The translations under genes were made by a program, and so were the position numbers. Below the pieces are notes generated by a model. The model ran no database searches. It worked only from the letters and a program-made list of their open reading frames with translations, and was not told the origin of the DNA. Below, one piece after another: positions 25,315-37,991 of a stretch of 64,000 nt of DNA. Each line of letters opens with the position of its first letter. Position 1 is the stretch's first letter. This DNA is from Octopus bimaculoides (lineage: Eukaryota). Location of the stretch: positions 23,678,698 to 23,742,697 of the forward strand of contig NC_069002.1 of assembly GCF_001194135.2 (NCBI RefSeq), written 5' to 3'.

Positions 25315-26845
25315 TTATATGAACAAATGAAAAGAAAGATATATTCAACGCATTTAGTAGGAGTTACATGTATTAGTTTCAAATTCTGACACAAGGCCAG
25401 CAATTTCAGAAGGGGTAAGTCGATTACATTGACCCCATTGTTTAACTGGTACTTATTTTATCAGCCCCAAAGAGATGACAAGCAAAGTCAACCCTGGAAG
25501 CCTTCGAACTCAGAACATAAAGTCGAACATTTTCCCCAGTGCACTAACAGTTTTGCTAGTTCTATGTAATAGTTTCAAATTTTGGCAGAAGGCGAGTTCG
25601 GTGAAGGGTTATAAATTGATTACATCAACCCCCAGTGTTCGACTGGTACTTAATTTATCGACCCTGAAAGAATGAAAGGCAAAGCTGATCTCAGTGGAAT
25701 TTGAACTCAGAACATAAGGAGGCACAAGATGACACTAAGTATTTTGCCCAGTGTGCTAACGATTCTGCCAGCTCATCCCCTTGCTAATTACATACATTAT
25801 TATTTAAAACAGTTTGATTTGGCCCAATGTGACTTAAAGCTTTTAAGCTTCTTACAGAAACCTGATAAGTTAGACACATCATCCTTATTTTTATCATCAT
25901 CATGTTCTATTCTGGGTTTCACAGATGGACAAGGATCAAATGTGTCCCCGGATAGAACCATACTCCAGTATCTGCTTTGGCATGGTTTCTGCCACTAGAT
26001 GTCCTTCCCTTCACAAACCACTTTACAAAGTATACTGGGTGCTTTTTCATGCCCCACCACCACCAGCACTATGAAGGTCACCATGCTGTTTGCAAGGGTA
26101 TGGAAGCTGAGGAGGGATGCATCCTTATGTTAGATGGGGTTACAGCATGAGAGGAGAGGCTGGGGTAGAGCAGGTTCTTGTAGCAGAGCTACGTAGCTAC
26201 TCACATTTAGGAAAGAGAGTGTGAGAATGAATTGGTGGCGTCTCCAAAGATATGTGCATGGATTTTGTGATTTTTTTATTAGGTATAGCAACACTAATAA
26301 CCACTCGTTACAACTCAATGTACATTCTTGTTTAGAATTAAGTGTTCGGTGAGTACAGAATGTGATATTGATTAATGAGTGGCAAGGGAACAAGTATTAC
26401 ATCAAGTTCATTAGTTTCTGATTGTAAAAAGCAGTAAACTCAGGGCTATAAGCCAATGAGGCTAATGATGTAATTCCTCTTGCCTCGCCATTCTATAATT
26501 AATAGAAATGCTTAGTGGTAGTTCGCCTCTCTTTATATTCTGAGTTCAAATTCTGCCGAGGTTGACTTTGCCTTTCATCCTTTCAGGGTCGATAAATTAA
26601 GTACCAATTGCATACTGGGGTCAATGTAACCAAGTGGCCCCCTCCCCCAAAATTTCGGGCCTTGTGCCTAGAATAGAAAGGAATATTATATATATACATA
26701 CTCTTGTACATACATATGCATATATGCATACACACACATTCACACACACACACACACACATACACACACACACACTCATATATGTGTGTGTCTGCGTATA
26801 GTATTCAAAACATTATTGTCTTCTTGTTTTATCTCTATCTCTCCC

Positions 26846-26886
<41 letters not shown>

Positions 26887-27402
26887 TGGTGTTCATAAGT
26901 GTTCATAACATCCAGAATAAAATCGATGTCTTAAAATATTCTTCATATCACTAATTGGTTTATAATATCTTTGTATGTCATTTATACTTTATTAATATAC
27001 ACAATTTCATTTCATTATTAACTTATTTATACAAGGAATAGCAATCAAAATTAACAAAATTCCAAAAATTATTGGGTGATGCATGTACAAAATTATTCAT
27101 AACATTTTGTTTAATAACTTATTTTATTTAGAAATTAATTTTAAACAATAAATAAACTTTGAAAGATAAATTAATAATTATTATTAATAATTGTTTGTAA
27201 AACCTTAATATAATTGTGCTTGTGATTTGTATACACATTAATCTTATCAACAATTTTCCTTGCAATTTCAATTACTACATAAAAAACGCTGAAGCAAAAT
27301 GTGACCAGTGTTGACCTAAGAAAAATTGTAGAAGCTTACACGTCTTGTGCTGGATACAGAAAGATTTCTAATGATTTTCTGTGAGAGTAAAGTTTGTAAA
27401 TT

Positions 27403-27480
27403 CATTGTCAACATTTTTAGACTTTCACAGCCTCATCTTCAGGATGACGTGATGTTGGTGTGTGTTGCAGCGTCTTTATA
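27403..27480 (-). ncRNA. Family C TATA box plus degenerate hammerhead-like motif
   Basis: Minus strand reads TATAAAG, 38 nt, then GTCATC-CTGAAGA-TGAGGC-TGTGAAA-GTCTA-AAAATGTT-GAC. The downstream gaattta..aacttta is shared with the 28698 copy. Confidence 0.38.
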
Positions 27481-28658
27481 TTAGTCAGGGCCAATATGAA
27501 TGGTGTTGACAAGTTCAGAGTGATTGGTGTTGGAGTTAACAAGTGAAAATAGGAATTTAAACTGTTTGCTTTCTGTCCATTTTGGTTTGTGTGTAATGTA
27601 TGTTGCCTCAGTCTTCATTTTTAAACATATAACCACAATGCAACAATTATATCAGGCACCACATCTATTAGAAAATATGCAAACCATGCATATAGAATAT
27701 ACTGGGTTCAAATTCTGGCCGAAGCCCAGCATTTTTTTTTTATGGGGGTGAGGGTGGGGTCAGAAGGGGTAACTCAGTTATATTGACCCCCCCCCCCAGT
27801 ACTCAACCAGTACTTATATTATCGACCCTAAAAAGATGAAAGGCAAAGTCGACCTCGGTGACATTTGAACTCAAAATGTAATGATGGACAAAATACTGCA
27901 AAGCATTTTTTGCCTGGCATGCTAACAATTCTTGCCCCGCCTTGCACATAAAATATATTATAGTAGAACAGATAAACATCAAATAGCATCATGAACCAGA
28001 ACATAAAAAAAAAAAACATTTCTAAACCATAAGCTGATACTAATACTATGCTAAAAAACATCATCATCATTTAGCACCCCTTTTTCCCATGCTATCAAGA
28101 ATGGACCCAAAATATTCCAGGTAACTTTTTGTGGTAGCAGCCAGCACTGGTGAGGTTACCAAGTAATAGTGAGACAAACAAGATATACATGTAAATCTGT
28201 GAAGGACAATTTGACATGAACAGATAAGGCAGAAGTCTGTAGCGAGGTCCAGTGTCTGTTTTGCTATGGTTTTTGCAACTGGATACTTTTCTTAATACCA
28301 TCTACTTCACAGTGTACCAGGTAACTTTTTGTGGTAGCAGCCAACACTGGTGAGGTTACCAAGTAATAGTGAGACAAACAAGATATACATGTAAATCTGT
28401 GAAGGAATATTTTGGGTCCATTCTTGATAGCATGATGCAGTTGCAATGTTCCACATCATGCAAATGAAACCTTGATGAGAAAAGATTAGTGAACAACAAA
28501 TGTTTACTCTAAAGAATTATCCTCGAAAATAAATGATTAATGGTTGAAAGGATGCTCATAGCATTATTTACAAATAGCAAAACAAAAAAAAAATTTACAA
28601 GGAAAATACAAAAACTACAGAATGGAAGTATCTACACCAGGTGCATTGAGTGTACCTG

Positions 28659-28745
28659 TATAAAGACACAGCAGAACCTGCTAGCATTACCATCATCCTG
28701 AAGATGGGACTGTGGAGGTCTAGAAACATTGCTGAGGAATTTAGG
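28659..28745 (+). ncRNA. Family C TATA box plus degenerate hammerhead-like motif
   Basis: TATAAAG at 28659, then 39 nt later CATCATC-CTGAAGA-TGGGAC-TGTGGAG-GTCTA-GAAACATT. Homologous to 27403-27480 on the minus strand. Confidence 0.4.
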
Positions 28746-29266
28746 AACTTTAATGCTCCAAACAAACTGCAAGGCCATCATATTGAAATAGAGACAAAAT
28801 CTTGATGAGATAAAAGTAGAACACACATTCAGTGTTTTACATAACATGTCAAAAATTCATTTCACATGTCTACAAATATATATGTGTGTGTGTGTGTGTG
28901 TGTGCGTGTGTGTGTGTGAGTGTATGCATGTAAGGATGTATGTATACATTCATGTCTATGTGTTTATGTCTGTTCCAATGTTGGTGTTAAAGTTTATGGC
29001 TATGTGAAACCTGGGTTGTGTCAAAGAGCAAAACTTAGTAAGTTAGGGTGTTTGTGTGTACGACTTGTGAAACTTTGAATTCACTGTCAATAAAATTATT
29101 AAAACTGTCTGACTTTGCACATCTACAGAGGCTTTTATTCAGTAAATGTACAACGTTTTTATGCTTAAAAAAATATTCTTAAACCATATACTAACATGCG
29201 TACAGACATAAAAATTTACGTGTGTGTGTGTGTGTGTGTGTGTATGTGAGTATGTGTATGTTTGTG

Positions 29267-29328
<62 letters not shown>

Positions 29329-30159
29329 NNNNNNNNNNNNNNNNNNNNNNNNNNNNNNNNNNNNNNNNNNNNNNNNNNNNNNNNNNNNNNNNNNNNNNNN
29401 NNNNNNNNNNNNNNNNNNNNNNNNNNNNNNNNNNNNNNNNNNNNNNNNNNNNNNNNNNNNNNNNNNNNNNNNNNNNNNNNNNNNNNNNNNNNNNNNNNNN
29501 NNNNNNNNNNNNNNNNNNNNNNNNNNNNNNNNNNNNNNNNNNNNNNNNNNNNNNNNNNNNNNNNNNNNNNNNNNNNNNNNNNNNNNNNNNNNNNNNNNNN
29601 NNNNNNNNNNNNNNNNNNNNNNNNNNNNNNNNNNNNNNNNNNNNNNNNNNNNNNNNNNNNNNNNNNNNNNNNNNNNNNNNNNNNNNNNNNNNNNNNNNNN
29701 NNNNNNNNNNNNNNNNNNNNNNNNNNNNNNNNNNNNNNNNNNNNNNNNNNNNNNNNNNNNNNNNNNNNNNNNNNNNNNNNNNNNNNNNNNNNNNNNNNNN
29801 NNNNNNNNNNNNNNNNNNNNNNNNNNNNNNNNNNNNNNNNNNNNNNNNNNNNNNNNNNNNNNNNNNNNNNNNNNNNNNNNNNNNNNNNNNNNNNNNNNNN
29901 NNNNNNNNNNNNNNNNNNNNNNNNNNNNNNNNNNNNNNNNNNNNNNNNNNNNNNNNNNNNNNNNNNNNNNNNNNNNNNNNNNNNNNNNNNNNNNNNNNNN
30001 NNNNNNNNNNNNNNNNNNNNNNNNNNNNNNNNNNNNNNNNNNNNNNNNNNNNNNNNNNNNNNNNNNNNNNNNNNNNNNNNNNNNNNNNNNNNNNNNNNNN
30101 NNNNNNNNNNNNNNNNNNNNNNNNNNNNNNNNNNNNNNNNNNNNNNNNNNNNNNNNNNN

Positions 30160-30194
<35 letters not shown>

Positions 30195-30359
30195 TGCAGG
30201 CATGGCTGTGTGATAAGAAGTTGGCTTCTCAACCACATGGTTCTGGGTTCAATTCTGTACTGAGTTGTACATTAAGCAAGTGTCTCCTGCTATAGCTTCA
30301 GGCCAAACAAAGCCTTGTGATTGGATATGACTGGTAGAAACTGAACAAAGCCAGTCATG

Positions 30360-30391
<32 letters not shown>

Positions 30392-31309
30392 TGTAAATAT
30401 GAGTGTGTGTGTGTGTGTGTGTGTCCTCTACTGCCACAGGACAACTGGTGTTGGTTTGTTTATGTCCCTGTAACTTAGTAGTTTTGCAAAAAGTGACTGA
30501 TAGAAAAAATACCGAGCTTAAAAATAAGTATTGTTGTTTATTTATTTAACTAAACACTTCAAGGCTGTGTTCCAATGACTGAAACAAGTAACACACACAA
30601 CACACACACACACACATATATTTTATCATGTTAATCCTTACTCGTGTCTTCTCTCTCCATTATTCCATTCTCTGTCCCTTTTTCCCTCTCATCCTTTTCT
30701 GTCAAAGAGCATAAGCTTCTCTTCTTCCCAAGCATCAAACTAATACACCTGCTTGCTGTTCTCACACCTGTCTTTCTCTTTTGATTTCTGCAAATTTGAA
30801 CTATACATATACATTAGTCTATGCATCTCTGCTTGGTAAACCACATGTTTCTATGTTCATTTCTATTGCACACATTTGCAAATGTCTTCCACCATAGCCT
30901 TTGGCAAATCAAAGACTTGTGAGTCATCATCAACATCATCATCAGCATCATTGTCGTCATCATTTGATGTCTATGTTCCATGCTGACATAGGTCTGATTG
31001 TTTGACAGGGTTTGATGGGTCCAAGGACGGCATCCAGCTCCAATGTCTGCCTTAACAGGGTTTCTATGGCTCGACACCCTTCCTAATGCCAACCACTTTA
31101 CAGCATGGAGTGGATTTGACTAATGGAAGCTGAAAGGAAGCCCATGTGTGTGTGTGTATGAGAGAGAGAGAGAGAGAAAGTGTATGTGTCTGTATGTTTA
31201 TTTACATCTGTGCTTGCTAATGTTATTCATCTAACCCATGCTGACATAGAGAAATGGACATAAAAGTGAACAAAAGATTATGTATATGCATATTATTTTC
31301 TTTTTGTTA

Positions 31310-31369
<60 letters not shown>

Positions 31370-32759
31370 NNNNNNNNNNNNNNNNNNNNNNNNNNNNNNN
31401 NNNNNNNNNNNNNNNNNNNNNNNNNNNNNNNNNNNNNNNNNNNNNNNNNNNNNNNNNNNNNNNNNNNNNNNNNNNNNNNNNNNNNNNNNNNNNNNNNNNN
31501 NNNNNNNNNNNNNNNNNNNNNNNNNNNNNNNNNNNNNNNNNNNNNNNNNNNNNNNNNNNNNNNNNNNNNNNNNNNNNNNNNNNNNNNNNNNNNNNNNNNN
31601 NNNNNNNNNNNNNNNNNNNNNNNNNNNNNNNNNNNNNNNNNNNNNNNNNNNNNNNNNNNNNNNNNNNNNNNNNNNNNNNNNNNNNNNNNNNNNNNNNNNN
31701 NNNNNNNNNNNNNNNNNNNNNNNNNNNNNNNNNNNNNNNNNNNNNNNNNNNNNNNNNNNNNNNNNNNNNNNNNNNNNNNNNNNNNNNNNNNNNNNNNNNN
31801 NNNNNNNNNNNNNNNNNNNNNNNNNNNNNNNNNNNNNNNNNNNNNNNNNNNNNNNNNNNNNNNNNNNNNNNNNNNNNNNNNNNNNNNNNNNNNNNNNNNN
31901 NNNNNNNNNNNNNNNNNNNNNNNNNNNNNNNNNNNNNNNNNNNNNNNNNNNNNNNNNNNNNNNNNNNNNNNNNNNNNNNNNNNNNNNNNNNNNNNNNNNN
32001 NNNNNNNNNNNNNNNNNNNNNNNNNNNNNNNNNNNNNNNNNNNNNNNNNNNNNNNNNNNNNNNNNNNNNNNNNNNNNNNNNNNNNNNNNNNNNNNNNNNN
32101 NNNNNNNNNNNNNNNNNNNNNNNNNNGTGTGTATTCTATTCATTTAGAAGAGAATATATGGAAAGCTGAAAGCATAAAGTCTGCCGAGAGTTTCTGATAT
32201 ATAACCAGATGGAAATTATTTCTGTTCTGGTACAGATTTTCATCAGGCAAAAATCCACCTTTGCTGAAAACACTGGTTTACAAAACCAGTGTTATACATG
32301 GTCCGGAGCCAGTTGGTCAGTGGCTGCTGGTCACCATATTCGTTGTTTTGTAATCCTGCTCTTACCACGGACAAATTTCTATTGGTTAGAAATCCATATA
32401 TCAACAGGAAAAAGTTCCCATGTAGCCACGTATTGGAAACTCACAGGCTTATTCTCTGAATCAATACTGGTTTGCCTCTAGATCTTGGTTGATAAGAATG
32501 CTTCCTTATTGTTTTTCATCATTTCAGAACCTGTGTGTGTGTGTGTGTGTGTCACAGTTTCGACCAAACCATCAGATGCTGATCACAGTGTGCTTCCAAT
32601 TCTATCTTGATTGCTCCATTCCCTTCCATCTTGACCCAAATTGCTTAACTAAATCGTCTTCCCATCGTAATGGTAGCCTTCCAAGCAACCTTTTCTGATC
32701 TTTTGGATGTCACTGGTCAACTGCAAATGCCCACCTGTTGTCTGTGAACCTTGTGCTAT

Positions 32760-33060
32760 CCCTATTCTGTGATCACATTCTTCACTCCACTCCATTCTCA
32801 AACTGAGTGAACGTGTGCCAGATTTGGATGCTTAAATCTCAAAAAGAGTAAGGGCAGGATGGAAGGCATTTAACTCAATAAAGGAAGGGCTTCAAACAAA
32901 GCTGGACAATGCCATATGTATGAGACTCTTCAACAGCACCATCGTACCTGTGCTTGAATGCACAAATGAATCATGGGCTACAATGAAGAGGATAGGACAT
33001 TGATTGGCTACGAGGCAAAGGGCCGTGGAAAGAGCCATGCTAAGAATATCATTAAAGGAG
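32760..33060 (+). mobile_element. Degenerate RTE-like RT fragment
   Basis: ISKRVRAGWKAFNSIKEGL...LFNSTIVPVL...ESWAT, with stop codons. Confidence 0.55.
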
Positions 33061-33349
33061 CATATTCAAAATGAGAGATATAAATATATATACACTTGTC
33101 ATCATTATCATGATTATTGTCATTTAACATCCACTTTTCCATGGTAGCATGGGTTGGATGGAATTTGATTTCTAAGTAAGGTAATGTTTCCTGTGACCAG
33201 ACATGTTTTCATGGAAGATTGGAAACAAAAATCACTACTTGTATGGCAGGGAAATTTTTTTACAACTCACACACACACACACACATAGAAGATGTTTAGG
33301 TTAAGTTTGACTGTTTGCCTAAAAGAGAAAGGAAACACAATATAGCAGC

Positions 33350-33800
33350 TAGGTTATGGCTGGGAGATAACAGCTTCCCCAAAGTAGGCACTCTCAACTT
33401 CCACCAGGGCCTCAAGAAAACAAGCAAAACCTGGTGAGTGCATTCCACACTGTGTCCCTGGGAAAACCTCCTTGATCTTGGCCACCAGCTCAGGCTTGGT
33501 GTTGCGAGTAGAGCGGTCGATGTCTTTCTCAGTCATGCCCTACACATAATAATCCATAGGATTACAATCAAGGGAATTAGAAAGCCAGAAATTAAGTCTG
33601 GTGATGTCATAGAAATCCTCTGACAACCACTTCTGACTATTTCTGGTCGTATGGTTATGAAGCGAATCCTGCTGCCACACATGGCTTTCCAGCAACAACC
33701 CTCTCCAGCCAGAGGTTGTCCACAGTCTCCAGCAGCTCCACTTAGCTGTCTGAAATGAGTCTAAGGCCCTGGTCAAATATTTTGGGATGAATTCCAGTGT
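33350..33800 (-). mobile_element. maT-like transposase C-terminal fragment
   Basis: HTTRNSQKWLSEDFYD...FWLSNSLDCNPMDYYV, then KPELVAKIKEVF. Confidence 0.7.
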
Positions 33801-34169
33801 GTGGTTGGAGTCAGAAAGCCATGCCTGCTGTGTCCCTTCCTGCTGGCCACTGTTTCATATTCTCTGTTGCACCTGTCCTTGCCATGTCTTACAGCCTTTA
33901 CAATCTTCACAGAGCATTCAGCAGCAGTCATGATGTTGGCATTTGCTTAGCTGGCATGAATCATCATGGTACAGGTATATGATGGCTTCCTGTCCTCCAC
34001 CTCAGCTAACTTTTTCTCAGCTACATTCTTTATGCTCTCCAACACCATTGACTGTTTACCAATACATCAAGCTGTTGCTGAGAAAATGGAGACTAAAAAA
34101 ATCATCAAATTTAGCCCAAACGTGATTTATTTTGATATTTCTCTCAGGCATTTCAACACAAGTAATAAC

Positions 34170-34294
34170 ACAGTTCTATATTTAAGAGATGAGGAATTAT
34201 GTACGTTATTTACATTTGACAGATTTTTGTCCTCATCTTTGTTGTTAACACGTTTCGGCTGATATACCCTCCAGCCTTCATCAGGCGTCCGATG

Positions 34295-34354
<60 letters not shown>

Positions 34355-34418
34355 TCACTGCCTGGAATCAATCTCAGAATCTTGGAGTTAGTACCCCTGC
34401 TCTTAACCACTATGCCAT
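34170..34418 (-). mobile_element. tRNA-headed SINE-like element (family A) containing a hammerhead-like motif, internally deleted copy
   Basis: Minus strand reads A box TGGCATAGTGG, degenerate B box, (AAT)n, then CTGATGA-A-GGCTG-GAGGGTATAT-CAGCC-GAAACGT and a shared tail. Homologous to the copy at 62957-63232. Confidence 0.75.
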
Positions 34419-34419
34419 G

Positions 34420-34520
34420 TGATGAAGGCTGGAGGGTATATCAGCCGAAACGTTGAGTTAACAACAAACAAAACGAGGACAAATATCCGTTGAATGTAAA
34501 TAATGTAAATAATGTACAAA
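34420..34520 (+). mobile_element. Inverted 3' fragment of family A, starting inside the hammerhead core
   Basis: TGATGAAGGCTGGAGGGTATATCAGCCGAAACGTTGAGTTAAC... directly abuts the head of the minus-strand copy and forms an inverted repeat with about 34200-34283. Confidence 0.8.
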
Positions 34521-34642
34521 TAATAACCTTGTGTTAGAATTCAATACACATATGCTTCGGAAAAAAGCATTGGCTGAGTACAGAGCACAGTTTGAAAGTA
34601 AATACAGGAGAAAGGAACAGGAAATTATGCAGGGAATTTCAG

Positions 34643-34720
34643 TAGCCTACAGCTGTTTCTGCGATAAGATGCAGTGTACTCAGAGAAGAGTTCTTGTGCA
34701 TGTAGCTTCCTCAGACCTTC
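34643..34720 (-). ncRNA. Family B hammerhead-like motif, inverted partner, degenerate stems
   Basis: Minus strand reads CUGAGGA-AGCUA...UUAUCGCA-GAAAC-AGCU-GUA, followed by GGCTACTGAA, matching the tail of the other family B copies. Confidence 0.5.
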
Positions 34721-34741
34721 AAAAATGCACTTGATTTTTTA

Positions 34742-34822
34742 AGCTCTGAGGATGCTATAAAGTGATGCACAAGCACTCGGCTCCTAATGCAGTATATCTT
34801 ATAGCAGAAACAAATGTAAGTT
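34742..34822 (+). ncRNA. Minimal type I hammerhead ribozyme candidate (family B), all core nucleotides present
   Basis: AGCU-CUGAGGA-UGCUAUAA...UUAUAGCA-GAAAC-AAAU-GUA-AGUU gives a 4-bp stem I, an 8-bp stem II, a 2-bp stem III and a GUA cleavage triplet. Activity is untested. Confidence 0.6.
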
Positions 34823-35313
34823 ACTGAAGTACATAACATAATTTTCTGTTTCTTTGTCATTTATTTCACTCCATATATATATTTATATGTGTGTATACAC
34901 ATACATGCACATACACAGATATATACATTTGAGGGTTCTCTGATCTTCTTACAGACTTCATACACATTCAATATCGTATACTCTCTTTCAACACGTCTAT
35001 TCTCCATGCTCAATTTTTTTAAAATCTAATTATCGCTTCCAGGATTTATTTCAATATTATTTTCAAATTCTATATCAATGTTTATTTTTATGTTTTATTT
35101 TATTTTTTTTACATTACATTCTTATGTGTATTTCATAATTCCAGGATAAATATGTATGTTTTCATCTTCTATAAATTTTAAAACTGTTAGCTCTTGTGGT
35201 TGTTAACGAACTGTTAATTAGGCATATCCTATTCATCATCGTTAATAAATGAACATGACACCTTGTTGGATTTTAAAGCATTTATCACTTCAGAGTAGTA
35301 TTATTATTATTAT

Positions 35314-35352
<39 letters not shown>

Positions 35353-35825
35353 CAGCAGCAGCAGCAATAGTAGCGGCGGCGGTGGTGGTGGTCATAGTAG
35401 TATGACTTCTCTGCATAAAACATATCTTGTGGTTGTGTGGTAAGAAGCTTGCTTCTCAACCATATGGCTTTGGGTTCAGTCCCGCTGCATGGCACCTTGA
35501 GCAAATGTCTTCCACTGTAGCCTCAGGCCAACCAAAGCCTTGTGAGTGGATTTGGTAAACAGAAATTGAAAGAAGCCCACCATATGTATGTGTTTATATC
35601 ATCACCATCGTCATCATCATCATCATCATTTAACGTCTGCTTTCCATGCTAGCATAGGCTGGACGATTTGACTGGGGACTGGTGAACCAGATGGCTACAC
35701 CAGACTCCACTCTGATCTGGTAGATTTTCTACAGCTGGATGCCTTTCCCTAACGCCAACCACTCCGAGAGTGTAGTGGGTGCTTTTTACGTGCTACCGGC
35801 ACGAGGGCCAGTCCAGTGGTACTGG

Positions 35826-35875
<50 letters not shown>

Positions 35876-37026
35876 GTGTGTGTGTCTTTATGTCTGTGTT
35901 TGTCTCCCACTACCACTTGACATCCCATAACTTAGCAGTTTGGCCAAAGAGACTGATAGAATAAGTACTAGGCTTAAAAAATAAGTCCTAGTACCGATTA
36001 ACTTGACTAAAACCTTTCACAGCATTGCTCTAGCATGGCCACAATTAAATGACTGAAACAAGTAAAAGAATTAAAAAATGCACCAAGGACAACAGCAACA
36101 ACAACTGAAGCAAGAAAAACAACATAAGAAGAAATTCCTACAGAAAAACAAAAACAAAAACAAAAACACTTTCTTATTTTGGTAACTCGTACCATTCCAT
36201 TGATTTTGAGACTGGTTCCGGTCAATAGATTGTGGCCATGCTGGATCACTGCCTTGATAATGATGCCAACACTTACTTTCTTTTTGGTACATATTCTAAT
36301 GATGTCTGTTAATGAAATCACTAAGTTTTCGAAGAATACAACCTGATGGAATGGTCAGTTTTTGGCTTTTGAATTTGCCATGGGGTAACTCAGCTGTAGT
36401 CATCATGCATCGTTATTTTCATATCCTACGTTCTGAGTTCGAATTCCGCCAAGGTCAGCTTTGCCTTTCATCCTTTCGGGGTCAATAAATTAAGTACCAG
36501 TTGCGTACTGGGGTCGATCTAATCAGCTGGCCCCTCCCCAAAAATTTTGGGCCTTGTGACGAGTAGAAAAGACTATTTTCACGTCCTACTTTTCACTTGG
36601 GTGAGATGGAATTTGTTGAGGCAGGTTATCCGTGGCTAGATGGCCTTCCTGTCACCAAACCTCACCTGTTTCCAGGTAATATTTCCCCATGACCAGACAT
36701 GCTTTCCACAGAAGACTGGAAATGAAGAATTTCACTTGTATGGTGGTGGTGGTGGTGCTTGTTTACAACAATCTTGTGTCTAAGCAAGGATACTCACACA
36801 CACACACATACACACACACACACACACACGAACACACGCACATGCACTTACACATATGCACCCCCCCCCNNNNNNNNNNNNNNNNNNNNNNNNNNNNNNN
36901 NNNNNNNNNNNNNNNNNNNNNNNNNNNNNNNNNNNNNNNNNNNNNNNNNNNNNNNNNNNNNNNNNNNNNNNNNNNNNNNNNNNNNNNNNNNNNNNNNNNN
37001 NNNNNNNNNNNNNNNNNNNNNNNNNN

Positions 37027-37068
<42 letters not shown>

Positions 37069-37801
37069 CAGGCTTCTATTAATTTCCATTTAATAGATCC
37101 ACTCACAATGCTTTGGTTAACCTGCCCAAGGTACTACACAGTGAGACTGAACTTCAAAACCACATGGTTACAGTGCCAGCTGATTAACCACCCAGCCATG
37201 CTGTTACCTATAATAATCTTCAAAGATTAGAAGTAAATTTCTGTTCTAAATAGATGACAGTTATTCACATCCATAGCTTAGAGCAGTGCTTTAAAAACGA
37301 CTGTTGTGTAAGATTCTGTAGGCTGTCACTGTTAAAATGATCATGTGAAATAAGTATGGAAACAGTGTAGGAGCATAATTGAGAATAGATTACAATAGAG
37401 TGAAAATGTATTGGGGAGGGGGAACGGCCTTGTCATGTGATAACAGAGTGGAATCAGAAAGAAAAGAAAAAGATTGGTAAGTTGGTGTGAGACTGGAGAG
37501 AGAATTGAGAAATCTGTCAGAAGGTGATAGGATTGGAAGTTAGATATATTGTGAAAGGATTTGCTGCGAACAACATCAAAACAGTTGTTTAAGAGATTGA
37601 GAAACAAAAATTGAGATCCAGATAAAGGAGTGGCAGAAAAACTGTGATCCTTTAATCTGCAGGAAATATTTGTGGGTGTTGTTGGATGTTCAGATGATAT
37701 TATTATTACTGTATGTATCAGGTGTTAAAGCATTGATACGATCGGGATGGCACTTCAGTGGTGATGATACTGATGAGGAGGATGAGGAGGAAGACGATGA
37801 C

Positions 37802-37854
<53 letters not shown>

Positions 37855-37948
37855 TGAGAATATTCAATATGTTTAGCATGCACCCACACATATGTGCTAT
37901 CATATTTATGTGCTTGTGTATATATACGCACACACATATACATACATA

Positions 37949-37991
<43 letters not shown>

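Noticed and set aside
32209-32481. ORF containing IFIRQK, reminiscent of the INPP5F N-terminal LIRQK
   Set aside because: No similarity beyond four residues and no matching donor site.
32545-32580. Minus-strand CUGAUGG-UUUGGUC-GAAAC
   Set aside because: A9 is missing and stem II has only about 1 bp.
34350-34418. tRNA-like sequence (also 63165-63232 and other SINE heads)
   Set aside because: No complete acceptor stem and it continues into a repeat body, so these are SINE heads rather than tRNA genes.
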